A model generated the notes under the pieces. It was given only the letters and a program-made list of their open reading frames with translations, did no database searches and was not told where the DNA came from. This document shows positions 24,150 through 37,090 of a stretch of 64,000 nucleotides of DNA, one piece after another. Origin of the DNA: Octopus sinensis (taxonomy: Eukaryota); NCBI RefSeq assembly GCF_006345805.1, contig NC_043022.1, forward strand, positions 22,072,001-22,136,000, given 5' to 3'. Position 1 is the stretch's first letter, and each line of letters starts with the position of its first letter. Position numbers and translations under genes: made by a program.

Positions 24150-24508
24150 ATGATCATCATCATTTAATGTCCGCTTTCCATGCTAGCATGGGTTGAACGA
24201 TTTTGACTGAGGGCTGGCGAGCCAGATGGCTGCACCAGGCCCCAATCTTGATTTGGCAGAGTTTCTACAGCTGGATGCCCTTCCTAACGCCAACCACTCC
24301 GAGAGTTTAGTGGGTGCTTTTTACGTGCCACCGGCACGGGGGCCAGTCAGGCGGCACTGGCAACGACCTCGCTCGAATCTTTTTACACGTGCCAGTGAAG
24401 TGACGTTGGTAACGATCACGCTTGAATGGTGCCCTTTTACGTGCCATGGGTATGGAAGCCAGTTGGCTGCTCTGGCAACGATCACACTGGGACGGTGCTC
24501 TTGGCACC
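24150..24508 (-). mobile_element. RTE-type LINE 3' UTR
   Basis: Family match. Confidence 0.8.
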
Positions 24509-25087
24509 CTACTATTGTACAGAAATCTCTGCACACACTGTGTCAAAAGTTCCATCTGCTCCTTCACAGATAAGGACTAAGTTCTGGTGAAATAGTTACA
24601 GTGGCAGCAGCTGTGATGTTGATAGGGGATGATGGCAGAGATTGTGATATTGATGGTGAAGTTGAAGGAGGAGGTGGATGGTTAATGATGGTAATAAGGG
24701 CAGTGGTGATGGTGATGAGGGTTATAAGGGTGATGATACAGAAAGGCGGCGAGCTGGTAGAATCGTTTGCATGCTGGGCGAAATGCCTAGAGGTATTTCA
24801 ACGGTCTTTACGTTCTGAGTTCAAATTCCACCGAGGTCGACTTTGCCTTTCATTCTTTCGGGGTCGATAAATTAAGTACCAGTTGTGTACTGGGGTCGAT
24901 CTAATCAACTGGCCCCCTCCCCAAAACTTTCAGGCCTTGTGCCTAGAGTAGAAAAGAGTGATGATACAGACGTTAGTGAAACTGATGACAATCCTCCTGA
25001 GAGCACCAACAAAATAATTCTCACAAAATTATTGAGAGAAGACTTAATAATTCAGACAACTTAATTAATGAGGAATGTTAGACATAC

Positions 25088-25232
25088 CTTTAACAGCTCC
25101 TGCAGTTTCAAGATGGTAAATAGCTGCCAATACATAGAATACTGCCTTCATTTCATCAGGTGAAAATCCGAGAACTTCCATAGCATTGGTCACTTTGGCC
25201 CAAGACTGTGCTGCCTTTTGTCTGTCTTCAGT
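25088..25232 (-). CDS. MYO18A: Myosin-18 exon 7 (TEDRQKAAQSWAKVTNAMEVLGFSPDEMKAVFYVLAAIYHL...AVK)
   Basis: ttacag acceptor, G|GTATGT donor, 145 nt, phase 0-1. Confidence 0.94.
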
Positions 25233-25341
25233 CTGTAATAAATAAGACATTTGAGTGGACACTCAAGAGGGGCATAAAATAGAGGTATGGAGTGAAAGAC
25301 TTGTTGGTGTAAAGTGGAAGGTTTGATGATGTGGAGTACTT

Positions 25342-26588
25342 TGAGGGATGTTCATTAAAGATTTCCCCTGACCCACTTCCCGAGGACTGGAATAAATGAA
25401 ACTTGACATAATTATTAGTCCTTCTCTACATAGCCACCACCAATGGTGACACACTTCTCTTATCGCTTTATGCAGTTGTGAAGACCTCATTTGTAGAAGT
25501 CAGTAGGTTGCATCTGGAGTCAAGACTTTACCTCGGAAATAAGTTCATCATCCAAAAAGTGCTTCTCCTTAAAAAAAAATTCATGATAGGAAAGAGATGG
25601 AAGTCAGATGGTGCGAGGTCAGGAGAGTAAGGGGGGTAAGGAAGGATTTCATAGCCACAGGAATGTGCTTTCATCTGGGCAACATGTGTATTGTGAACTG
25701 GGGTGTTGCCTTGGAGGCAAACTCCTTTGGTCAGTATGCGATGCCTCTCTGCTTTGATGGCACCCGCAATTTCTGCAGTAGAGAAACATAATATGCCCCG
25801 TTAATTATGATGCACTTTGCCAGAAAATCCATTATCACTACTCTGCGCTGGTCCCTAAAGACTGTGAGCATCACTGTACCTGCTGAGAGTTGGACATGAG
25901 CCTTCTTTGGAGGTGGTGAATTATCATGCTTCCATTGTTTCGACTGGACTTTAATCTCAGGGTCACAGTGATGGACCCATGTTTCATACTGTGTGATAAG
26001 TCTACCAAAAAAGTCCTCCTTGTTTTCTTGGCACACCTGAAAAGGTGTGAACACCTGGGAATCCATTGTGCAGACAACTTCTGCATGTACAAATGGTTGT
26101 GAATGATTTTTTGCTATGGACCCTATACTTGTCTTCATTTCTTAGGCTAGTTTCCGAATAGTTATGTGGCGATCCTCAAAAATGACAACTTCCACGTTAT
26201 GGATGGTGTCGTCAGTAATGGCAAAATGTGGTCATTCAGGATTAGGAGCAGTTTCTACTGGTGTCTGACCTCATTTGAAATGGTAATGCTAGTGCTTGAC
26301 TACGTTGTATGATGGTGCATCGTCATCATAAACTTCTTTCATCTCATCGAAAATCTCTCTTGGTGTACGACCTTTCAAGTATAAGAACCTAATCACTGAT
26401 CTGCTTTCAGCTGCCTCCAGTATAACATCTTAGTCCATTTCAGCAGCCGTAAAAAACAAATGAATACAAGTGGAAAGCTGAAATTTACAATGTGATATGT
26501 AGAGACATATATGATTATACCTATATAGCTTCTGTTTCCTGCAATAACCAAAAGTGAGTCAGGGGAAATCTTTAATGAACACCCTTCG
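25342..26588 (-). mobile_element. Near full-length decayed mariner transposon
   Basis: TIR GAGGG.TGTTCATTAAAGATTTCCCCTGAC at both ends; transposase motifs ITQYETWVHHCDPEIKVQSKQW and SAGTVMLTVF; stops and frameshifts. Confidence 0.9.
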
Positions 26589-26672
26589 TATGTTAGGTAG
26601 TATGAAAGGGGACGTTTTATGTGATGTGGATGGAAAGGCATGTTTCATAATGTGCCAGGCTTGCTTGAACAA

Positions 26673-27375
26673 AGTGCAATGTTTGATGGTATGGAGTACA
26701 ATGTTTGATGGCATGGAGAGCAATGTTTGATACCGTGCAGTGCAATGCTTGGTGGTGTGGAGTGTGATGTTTGATAGTGTCGAGTGCAATGTCTGGCAGT
26801 ATGGAGTGCAATGTTTGGCAGTGTGTAGTGCAATGTTTGATGGTGTGTAGTGCAATGTTTGATGGTATGAAGAGCAATGTTTGATGGCATGGAGAGCAAT
26901 GTTTGATAGTGTGAAGTGCAATGCTTGGTGGTGTGGAGTGTGATGTTTGATAGTGTGGAGTGCAATGTTTGGCAGTGTGTAGTGCAATGTTTGATGGTGT
27001 GTAGTGCAATGTGTAGTGGTGTGTAGTGCAATGTTTGATGGTGTGTAGTGCAATGTTTGATGGTATGGAGAGCAATGTTTGATGGTATGGAGAGCAATGT
27101 TTGATAGTGTGGAGTGCAATGTTTGGCAGTGTGTAGTGCAATGTTTGGCAGTGTGTAGTGCAATGTTTGATGGTGTGTAGTGCAATGTTTGATGGTATGG
27201 AGAGCAATGTTTGATAGTGTGTAGTGCAATGTTTGGCAGTGTGTAGTGCAATGTTTGATGGTGTGTAGTGCAATGTGTAGTGGTGTGTAGTGCAATGTGT
27301 AGTGGTGTGTAGTGCAATGTTTGATGGTGTGTAGTGCAATGTTTGATGGTATGGAGAGCAATGTTTGGTGGTATA
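26673..27375. repeat. 22-bp minisatellite (GTGTAGTGCAATGTTTGATGGT)n, about 30 units
   Basis: Direct reading. Confidence 0.95.
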
Positions 27376-28532
27376 GAATGGAGTATTTAGTGTTGTGAGG
27401 TGGAATGTTTGAGGTAGTGTAGAACAACAACTTGTGGTTCACAACTTCATTGCACTCCAAACATCAGTTTTACTGGACAAGTCACTTTATTCTACATGAC
27501 TCAGTTCACCTAACTTTGAAAAAAAAGTCACCCACAGCAAATCAAAGTTCTAGACATAGGAGATAGATTTGCCACCAAGTTAAATACAATAGTAACCAGA
27601 AGTAGAGAATAGCTCAATAAAGTCCTGTGATTCACAACAATATCATTAGTAACTACAGATTACATCAATTTCCACCCTCATCCGTACACACTCTAAACCA
27701 GACCCACCCTACTCCATTTTCTATCACAATTCATTGTCATTCCAGAGAATCCACCAAAAAGCTCCAGTCTTCTTAAATTTACTCCTTCCCCTAAAATTTA
27801 TCTCTAATTACAAACTTGAACTGAAATAGTATCAACAGCCACACCCAACATTTAAGGCCTTTAATTCCAGGCAGACTATGAGAAATTAAGCAGTCATAAG
27901 TGCTCCTCTCCAGAATAATTCAACCACAGAAAATTAATTTATTCTTGATTAATGGAAAAAAAGTATAGTTTCAGGTGTAGTGGGAAGAGTGGTGATTAGA
28001 AGATGCAACATTAAAACTTATTACATCTTACTTTACACATATCCATGCAGAAACACAAGCACCATTACACACACACACCAATAAACACAGTACAAACATT
28101 CCCCACCGTTACACACAAATACCCATACAGAAAATATTGCTCCTCACATACACATTGTTCATAACACAAACACAAGACTCCACAGTTCTTGTTAAAGTGG
28201 TAATAAAGGAATGAATTGTTATACAGATGTACAAGACTGTATCATTGACCGACATAAGAAAATACAAATATTTTGAGAATAACTCTGAGACTCCATCTGC
28301 ACACAAAAACAAGAGTTAAGATATTTAATGAAGAGAGCAGTTAAGATATCTAATACAAGGAGCAGCAGTACATGGGGCTGAGCATTCCATAGACACATAA
28401 ACCTTACATATAACCATCAGGTAGACTCAAAGTGACACAGTGTATGACAAGGCAAGACATGTGAATTACAGTTTTCTATCTAATTATACACCTAATGCAG
28501 TCAGCTTGGCTATGTTTCACTAAAGCTAACCA

Positions 28533-28842
28533 AAGTCCATCCCATCCTCACCGTGGTGGGGACGCTGGCAATGGGTAGTGTCAGATTGGTCTGACACCGA
28601 GTGGTATTAGGGCCACAACCCGGCAGACTGGTGAAAATCCTCGGAGTGTCTGTTTCAGTAACCGTCGGCTCCTCGGTCGTTCTGTCCCCTTGTCTGCGGA
28701 CAATCTGCGGCAAACAGGATGTCTCTACATGCGGGATTGTTGGGGACCACTTGTGAAATTCACATATTCCCACGAAACTTCTTCCATGAGTAGAAGCCGA
28801 CTCAACCCGCCCAGGGTGAATGTCGCCACAAGTACAAGTAAG
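28533..28842 (+). mobile_element. 310-bp retroposon with LINE-shared 3' end
   Basis: 12-bp TSD TAAAGCTAACCA at 28521-28532 and 28843-28854; 3' end matches about 62345-62391. Confidence 0.8.
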
Positions 28843-28898
28843 TAAAGCTAACCACTCATGATTTACTGCTCATCAACAACAACAACAACAGTACTTAC

Positions 28899-28959
28899 TC
28901 TTTGAAGAGGTGTCATGTATGTATTCTGCTCATTCAGAGTGGTCAGCTGCAATTCATTC
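28899..28959 (-). CDS. MYO18A: Myosin-18 exon 6 (RNELQLTTLNEQNTYMTPLQR)
   Basis: Manual translation. tttacag acceptor, AGA|GTAAGT donor, 61 nt, phase 2-0. Confidence 0.9.
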
Positions 28960-29193
28960 CTGTAAAGGAAAAAAATTTATAAATATATAAAGCACAGACA
29001 TGGTTAAGTGGTTAAGACTTTTGCTTCCCAACCACATGGTACTAGGTTCAGTCCTACTGCATGACACATGGGCAAGTTTTTTATACTATAGCCTTGTAAG
29101 TGGATTTGATATGCACACACAAAGTGTATCCTAGTTTTAGAACAGGTACACCTTGTTTTGCTTATCATAAAAGGGTCGACAACAGGAAAGGCA

Positions 29194-29558
29194 TCTCTCT
29201 ATATATAAATAGCAAAATGTCTGTGTGTGTGTCCTTTATACAAATCCACAATTTTTCAGTTAGAGGGCTCGCACTTTCTATGGTAATTCAAAACCGTCCA
29301 AGGGTGGTCGTGCACATCTTTACATTTCCCCAGTCACCCAACAAAGCCATTAAAAAAATCAATAGAAGCGACTTGTTTGTGAATTTTCTATTCAAAACCC
29401 AATCAAAATGCCCAAAACTTGCTACACCAATTGAATGCCAGCTAGCTGTATGTGATTGGTCAGAGATTTGGACAGTACTCGCTTGTATGTGTGCACGCAC
29501 ACAGCTGTATATGCATGCACTAGCACTATGACCCGGCGTTGCTGGGTCATAGTGCTAG
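29194..29558 (+). mobile_element. Non-autonomous Helitron H1
   Basis: A|TC start, long 3' hairpin, CTAG|T end. Confidence 0.85.
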
Positions 29559-30199
29559 TCTAACCATAAAACACTACCTGTCTAGCTCATGCTTACATGG
29601 AAACCAGGCATAACATGATGATGGTGATTGTACATGTCTATATATAGTTATGAAGCATATGATTCCCAGTCACCAATCAGAAATTTTCAACACCTGTGAA
29701 TCTTCCGGCAACAAAAAGATAATTGGAGAAACCTAGTTTGTGACTTACAGAATCACAGCAGCAGAAGTGGGGAGGAGGGTGGGCAAATGGTTCGATTTTC
29801 AGGTGTGTATATGTATATATGTGTGTGTATATATACAAAGAGATACAATATATTATATGCTTGCATATAATTTTTTCCATCCTTTCGTTGTTCTCTTGTA
29901 TTTTTGAGTACTAGCATCAGCAATACATACAGAGAAAATTAGCATGAGCCCTGCATAAGGATCACATCCAAATTTGTGAAGTGTCTCATACTTTTAGCCT
30001 CGTCTGGCACCTGTGCCGGTGGAACGTAAAAAGCACCCACTACACTCATGGGGTGGTTGGCGTTAGGAAGGGCATCCAGCCGTAGAAACATTGCCAGATC
30101 AGACTGGGCCTGGTGCAGCCTTCTGGCTTCCCAGACCCCAGTTGCACCGTCCAACCCATGCCAGCATGGAAAACGGACGTTAAACGATGATGATGATAA

Positions 30200-30585
30200 T
30201 AGGTGCAGGTGTGGCTGTGTGCTAAGAAGCTTGCTTGCCAACTACATGGTTCCAGGTTCAGTCCCATTGCGTGGCAGCTTGGGCAAGTGTTTTCTACTGT
30301 AACCTCAGGCTGACCAGAGCCCTGTGAGTGGATTTGGAAGAGGGAAACTGAAAAAAGCCTGTAGTATGTGTGTGTGTGTATCTTTGTTTCTCTGTTTGTC
30401 CCCACCATCACTGCCTGTCAGTGTATTTATGTGCCCATAACTTAGCAGTTTGGCAAAAGAGACTTATAAAATAAGTACTAGGCTTTAAAGAAAAGTCCTG
30501 GAGTCGATTTGTTTGGCTAAAACCCTTCAAGGCCAACATGGCCACAGTCAAATGACTGAAACCAGTAAAATATGAATAAAGAAAA
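30200..30585 (+). mobile_element. SINE family A (diverged)
   Basis: Family match. Confidence 0.75.
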
Positions 30586-30617
30586 AGATAGGAGAAAGAT
30601 ATTTTGTTAAAAATTTC

Positions 30618-31028
30618 GGATCTTTTCGGTTTGAACGGCAGTTTTTAACATAATTTCTAGGTAACTAAAAAATTTTAAACTTTGTATACTGGTAGAATGT
30701 GTTTATAAAACATCTTTTTCTCTTGGCTTTATTGATAAAATTCTATAGTTTGTAAGATATTTGTTGCTTTTTTTTCTTCAATTTCTGCAATTTCAACCAA
30801 TCAATGACGTGTATTGAGTTAAAAAACATTCTGTGCCGTATGAATATGTCCCTCGTTTAAGAAACAGATTGGGTTTATTTACATTTGTGAAGAAAAAAAG
30901 ATACCCTTTCTCCCACCCTAATCCTAAAACCGATTGAAATGCAATAGATCAATACTAGGGTCATAATTATGGGTGACAATTTCATATGACACCGCTAGAA
31001 AAAACTGCCATTCAAACCAAAAAGATCC
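30618..31028 (-). mobile_element. Merlin-like MITE
   Basis: TIRs; exact 8-bp TSD AAAATTTC at 30610-30617 and 31029-31036. Confidence 0.85.
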
Positions 31029-31109
31029 AAAATTTCTTCTTAAGGAACCATTGGGAAAAATTTTTCTTTACTTTAGGACAGAACCACAGAGAACACATAA
31101 ACAACATAC

Positions 31110-31210
31110 CTTAACACAGAGTCAACTCCAGCCAACATTTGGTAAAAGATATGGAAAGTTGGCTCTCCTTCTGGTCGCCTTACCAGACGTGATTTCTCCA
31201 GCATTATAAT
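31110..31210 (-). CDS. MYO18A: Myosin-18 exon 5 ([33 protein letters not shown])
   Basis: Found by manual translation (too short for the ORF track). tttcag acceptor, AG|GTATGT donor, 101 nt, phase 0-2. Confidence 0.95.
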
Positions 31211-31318
31211 CTGAAACAGTAGAAAACAACAAGAAAACGTTAGAGACAGGTAGTGAAGGAGGAAATACGGGAAATAATATGATTAATGTATTGCAATAGT
31301 TCCATGTGGGTGTATGTA

Positions 31319-31321
<3 letters not shown>

Positions 31322-31389
<68 letters not shown>

Positions 31390-31418
31390 TTTATTAATTA
31401 TTATTATTATTATTATTA

Positions 31419-31456
<38 letters not shown>

Positions 31457-31471
31457 TTATTATTATTATTA

Positions 31472-31514
<43 letters not shown>

Positions 31515-32155
31515 TAATATTATTATTATTTATTATTATTTAATATTATTATTATTATTATTATTTAATATTATTATTATTATTATTATTCATTATTATT
31601 ATTAATTATTATTATTATTATTATTTTTATTAATTATTATTTTATTATTATTATTATTTTTTATTAATTATTATTATTATTATTTTTATTAATTATTATT
31701 ATTATTATTATTATTATGGCTGCCCCCTCGTTATCGAGTATGGCCATTGCACGAAGCTTAACTGTTACTGGTGCTGTGATCGAATGTGACTTTTTAGCCC
31801 AGCTAAAGATCTACAATGTCTTGTACAGAATTGGCAACTAAAGCCTTTACCGGTAATGGCCGGCTGTAGTTGTAACTGGGCTTCATATACCTTTGCATGT
31901 CGTTTAAGTCCTCCTACCGAATTACACTCTCTTCCACATGCCTGACAGATATGATTAGTATGTTGTGTTACACCACCACCAGTGGCCAGGTTGTCACTCA
32001 TCTGTCTCGCTTTATGACTACGAAGATGACTCTTGAGTCCAGCTTTACTGAGGCAGGGTCTTGCACAGACACTGCATGTCAGCATCATAGGAAGACCCTT
32101 CCCATCAGGAAGTGTAACAGCGATGCCCTTCCTGACATCCCTCCTTACTTTCTCA
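31322..32155 (-). mobile_element. 5'-truncated RTE-like LINE encoding three C2H2 fingers; ~400-bp (TAA)n tail
   Basis: 15-bp TSD TGGGTGTATGTACAT at 31307-31321 and 32156-32170; open frame to stop at 31765; tail 31322-31717. Confidence 0.85.
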
Positions 32156-32569
32156 TGGGTGTATGTACATAGGTAGGTAGGTTCATACATAACATATCAA
32201 GTACTACCATCATTACTTTCACCTATTACTTGATAAGCCCCTCTTACAACAGAGCTTATAAGTCGAAGATAAGAGGTGCCGACCATTAAAGATATCATCA
32301 TTAAGGGAGTGAGTGTCATCATTGAATTTCAATACACATTTAAAAGAAAGAAGAGACAAGAATAGAGAAAGCGTGGCTTGGTAGTTAGGGCGTTGTACTC
32401 ATGATTACAAGATTATGGTTTCAATTCCTGGACCAGGTGGTGCATTGTATTCTTGAGCAAAACACTTCATTTCACATTGTTCCAGTCTACTTAGCTGTAA
32501 ATGAGGAACCCTGCAATGAACTGGCATCTCATTCAGAGGTAAAATTATGATCTCAGTTATTTATATAAT

Positions 32570-32915
32570 AATAATAATGAAATTATTGTATACAGTGCTC
32601 AGGTGCACCACAACTTGTCAAAAAGCGCGCATAAAGTATATGCAGTGATGTACAAATGTCTGGAAAGCGAACAGTGTAGGAGTCAGATACATGTTTGTGT
32701 GTGTATGGAGGTGAGAAAATCAGGTGTAGTGTTGGCAAATCTCAGGAAGCATGGAAGTTTTGAAGGATGCAGTGCTCCAACAACTAACAATTGATGCTGA
32801 CAGTCTGTTCCATGCTTCAGCAACTCTTAGCGTGAAAAAATGTTTCCGAAAGTCATGGGAGCTATGCTGTTTTCTGACTTTGTAAACATGTCCACGGGTG
32901 TTAGACAAGTGGAGT
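32570..32915 (-). mobile_element. CR1-type LINE 3' end
   Basis: NTRGHVYKVRKQHSSHDFRKHFFTLRVAEAWNRL motif; (ATT)n tail. Confidence 0.85.
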
Positions 32916-33055
32916 TTAAAACATAGAAACTGACTAACCAGCCTTAGGATTCCTACAACTCAACACAGTTATGCTCAGGACACTTACTTATCAAAGCTGT
33001 GCTGCAGTATATATGCATTCTAATGACTAAAAGAGAAAATGCCCAAACAGCTTAC

Positions 33056-33198
33056 CTGGATTGTTATACCAGACACCTGTCCCGAAAAGTCAAAGTCTAA
33101 GGTGGTCAGCTTGGAAAACCTAGAAGCATTGGTATTGAGAATTGTGCGACTATTGCCAAATGTTTCCAATAGGACATCCATGGAGTTTACTTTATCAA
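33056..33198 (-). CDS. MYO18A: Myosin-18 exon 4 (IDKVNSMDVLLETFGNSRTILNTNASRFSK...ITIQ), switch I
   Basis: ttccag acceptor, CAG|GTAAGC donor, 143 nt, phase 1-0. Confidence 0.95.
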
Positions 33199-33359
33199 CT
33201 GGAACAAAACACAAAACAAAATATATACTTCAATTTTTATTTCTGAACAAAGTCACAAGGTCAGAAACATTAGTAGAAAAAGAAAGAGAGGTATGGTCCA
33301 TTACAGATATCAGTACATAGCTGGTACTTTATTTTATCAACCTTGGAAGGACAAAGTTG

Positions 33360-33690
33360 GGATCTTTTCATTTTGACCGGCAGTTTTTTAAAATAATTTC
33401 CACGTAACTAAACACTTTTAAACTTCGTATACTGGTAGAATGTGTTTATAAAACATCTTTTTCTCTTGGCTTTATTGAGAAAATTCTATAGTTTGTAAGA
33501 TATTTGTTGTTTTCTTTCTTCAATTTCTGCAATTTCAACCAATCAATGACGTCTATTAAGGTGAAAACATTCTGTGCCGTATGAATATGTCCCTCGTTTA
33601 AGAAACAGATTAGGCTTATTTACATTTGTGAAGAAAAAAAGATACCCTTCCCCCCACCCCTAACCCTACAACAGATTGAAATGCAATAGA
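33360..33690 (-). mobile_element. Truncated Merlin-like MITE inserted in a family B SINE
   Basis: One TIR present; SINE sequence on both sides. Confidence 0.7.
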
Positions 33691-34402
33691 CTCACTGGGA
33701 TTTGAATTCAGAATGTTAAATGATAGCACCAATGCCGAAAGGTATTTTTTCCACACTCTAAAGTTTCTAGGACAACACCAAACCATAAACCCCCTTCAAT
33801 ATGATACATTGTTAGACTAAACAAACACAACTGTTTGACCCAAATATATATTTATTGGGTATAGACAGTCAAAAGAGGGAACACACCAACTGTCTGACAT
33901 TAAAAATGTACACCCACACATATATATTCATTATTACTATTTTACATACATGGTCTAATTAAGACAAACAGTGACACAACACAAAACAAGCTTCTGCTCT
34001 GTGTGTGTCTGTATACACAGACATGCACACATACACACAAACTCATAGATATGGCAAGAAAAAGACACCCACATACAGAGAAACAGATAGATAGAAATAT
34101 TCAAACAATTTGAAGCCAAGTGTGAATACATCCATTGTTCACTGTGATGTCCAGGTCAGCCTCACCGTGAAGGTGGGGGGGGGAGTGTCTGAAAGGAATC
34201 CTATGATAACAAAAGACATTTTTTTTTTCCATGATTAATGTGACACTGTGTCTACGAAACCCTAATTTTATTTTAACAATGCAATCAGAGCAGAAATTTT
34301 GTATTAAGGGCAAATCCAAGTCTGAAACCCTTGTGAATCTAGAAAAATTAAGGGATAGATTTATTACAACAATATCACCACCAAAGTAGGGAGCCTCTAA
34401 AT

Positions 34403-34720
34403 CAGGGATTCTCAACCATTTTTCATCTATGGACCCCTTTGATTACTATTATTCTAGTAGATCCCCATAGTCATTCAATGCTTAAAAACTTGTTTTACAG
34501 AAATCTCTTTCAAAATTCCTGTTTTGTTTTCTGCACATAAGCTTATGTAGGTTGAACTATGTAAAATGTTAGAGAAAGAAACCTGGCTGTACATACCAGA
34601 ACATATATCTAAAGCAGGGCTCCAGAAAATATTATTGTAGACCCCAATTTATTGCATGATCACCTGAAAATCTTCTAAAGGACCCTCAGGAGCCATATGG
34701 ACCCCAGTTGAGAACCACTG
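34403..34720. mobile_element. hAT (Charlie-like) MITE
   Basis: CAGGGATTCTCAAC / GTTGAGAACCACTG TIRs; exact 8-bp TSD CTCTAAAT. Confidence 0.85.
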
Positions 34721-35109
34721 CTCTAAATGATGGAGAAAGCATGTTAGAAATAGCAGCAAAATGTATCTCAAAGCACACAGAACTGCATTTGAAAATGAAA
34801 ACCGGAGACACTGAATAGAGAATGTCTTGAATAAAAGATGTAAAGGAAGGTCAGTCTTATCACAGCCACAAAAGGAACATCTTCAATCATAAATCTGTTG
34901 GTTCAGTTCATTAAATGATTTTCAGAGAAAAATCACCCACAGCCAATAACAGACGGGTCAGCATACCCTGACACAATTTCTAATGTGTAGGCATACACCT
35001 ATACAAACAATCACAGAGCATCCAACACACACACACCAATTGACAAATACACTACCAATCCCCCTCTCCCCCATGTCCATTAACATGAAATCTCTCTGTC
35101 TGCCAGTCT

Positions 35110-35578
<469 letters not shown>

Positions 35579-35606
35579 TTCTGTCAAGAAACAAAATTTT
35601 ACTTAC

Positions 35607-35817
35607 TTGTGATAAAATTATTGACACTGCCCGATGCCAGGACAAAATACTGCAGAATGTGGTGGGCATTTGTAGTTTTGCCACTGCCACTACGGCCAAT
35701 CAGGACGATGGACTGGTCAAGACGGCTGCTCAGCATTTCACGGTGAGCATGCTGGGCCACTGAATAGATATGAGGGGGCATGTCTTCCTGTTTACAACCT
35801 TTGAACATCTGGATAAC
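35607..35817 (-). CDS. MYO18A: Myosin-18 exon 3 (VIQMFKGCKQEDMPPHIYSVAQ...GRSGSGKTTN...NFIT), P-loop
   Basis: ctccag acceptor, A|GTAAGT donor, 211 nt, phase 0-1. Confidence 0.96.
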
Positions 35818-36756
35818 CTGGAGAAAAATGAAAATTGTAAGTATTTGGAGAAGATGATCATGATGGCAACAATGATGATATATTTCTTTATTTCTTTACT
35901 GCCCACAAGGGGCTAAACATAGAGGGGACAAACAAGGACAGACAAAGAGATTAAGTCGATTACATCGACCCCAGTGCAAAACTGGTACTTTATTTATCGA
36001 CCCCGAAAGGATGAAAGGCAAAGTCGACCTCGGTGGAATTTGAACTCAGAACGTAATGACAGACGAAATACGGCTACGCATTTTGCCCGGCATGCTAACG
36101 TTTCAGGAATGATGGTCATGAGTGGTGATGACAGAAAAACAACAGCAAAGCAGTAAGGAATGGCTGGACATAATAATCATTTCTGTCAATTTTGATGGGA
36201 AACATTTAGTCTTTAACCAAACTAAACTACCCGTTTTTTAATTCAGTCAGCAAAGCAGCTAAACATTTCACAGACACGTTGTGCCTGAACCCTTTTGATA
36301 CCAATCCACTTAAGACCACCTCTGGTTCCACAATACAAACTTTATTTTTAAAAGTGACTTAAATTAAACCCATCAATATTTCAAATTCCTTTATGTTCCA
36401 AACATCAGTTTAATAACAACAAATTTATTTAACATTTTTTGTAATAAACAGATACACTGGTTCAATTTCACTCCTTTATTGTTAGTCAGTTGTTCTACTG
36501 CACAGCTTTGGGAAATCCTAATCGAATGCATCATTTAGAACAGCTACAAATCTCTGGCCATTTGAAAGATCCTTGAGCTTCCATAACCTCCTTTTCCATA
36601 TCAGGTTTGTTCTCTGGGTCCTTCTAGCCCTAAGTCTGAAGTTACTAACCACTAACCTATGTTGAGTTGTACATACTTCAGCTGGGAAGAACTGCATTCA
36701 CAAGCATCCATCAGTCCCTGTTTTTATATATATATATATACATATATATATATAGT

Positions 36757-37090
36757 GAAGGCGCGTGGCTCAGTGGTTAGAGCGTCGAACTTACGATCGT
36801 GAGGTTGTGAGTTCGAATCGCGGACCGGGCTGCATGTTGTGTTCTTGAGCAAGACACTATATTACACGTTGCTCCAGTTCACTCAGCTGTAGAAATGAGT
36901 TGCGACATCACAGGTGCCAAGCTGTATCTGCTGTTGCCTTTCCCTTGGATAACACTGGTGGCGTGGAGAGGGGGGGGGCGGTATGCATGGGCGACTGCTG
37001 GTCTTCCATAAACAGCCTTGCCCGGACTTGTACCTGGGAAGGTAACTTTCTAGGTGCAATCCCACGGTCAGTCATGACCAAAGGGGGTCT
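36757..37090 (+). mobile_element. tRNA-derived SINE (family C variant)
   Basis: A box TGGCTCAGTGG, B box GAGTTCGAATC, followed by non-tRNA body. Confidence 0.8.

Noticed and set aside
26559-27460. Three 240-271 aa His/Thr-rich ORFs; also resembles a CRISPR-like array
   Set aside because: 22-bp tandem minisatellite lacking stop codons by composition; no unique spacers, no cas genes, eukaryotic context.
36757-36830. tRNA-like sequences (also 39093, 63197 and 61260-61330)
   Set aside because: A/B boxes are present but there is no closed acceptor stem, and each continues into a repeated SINE body.
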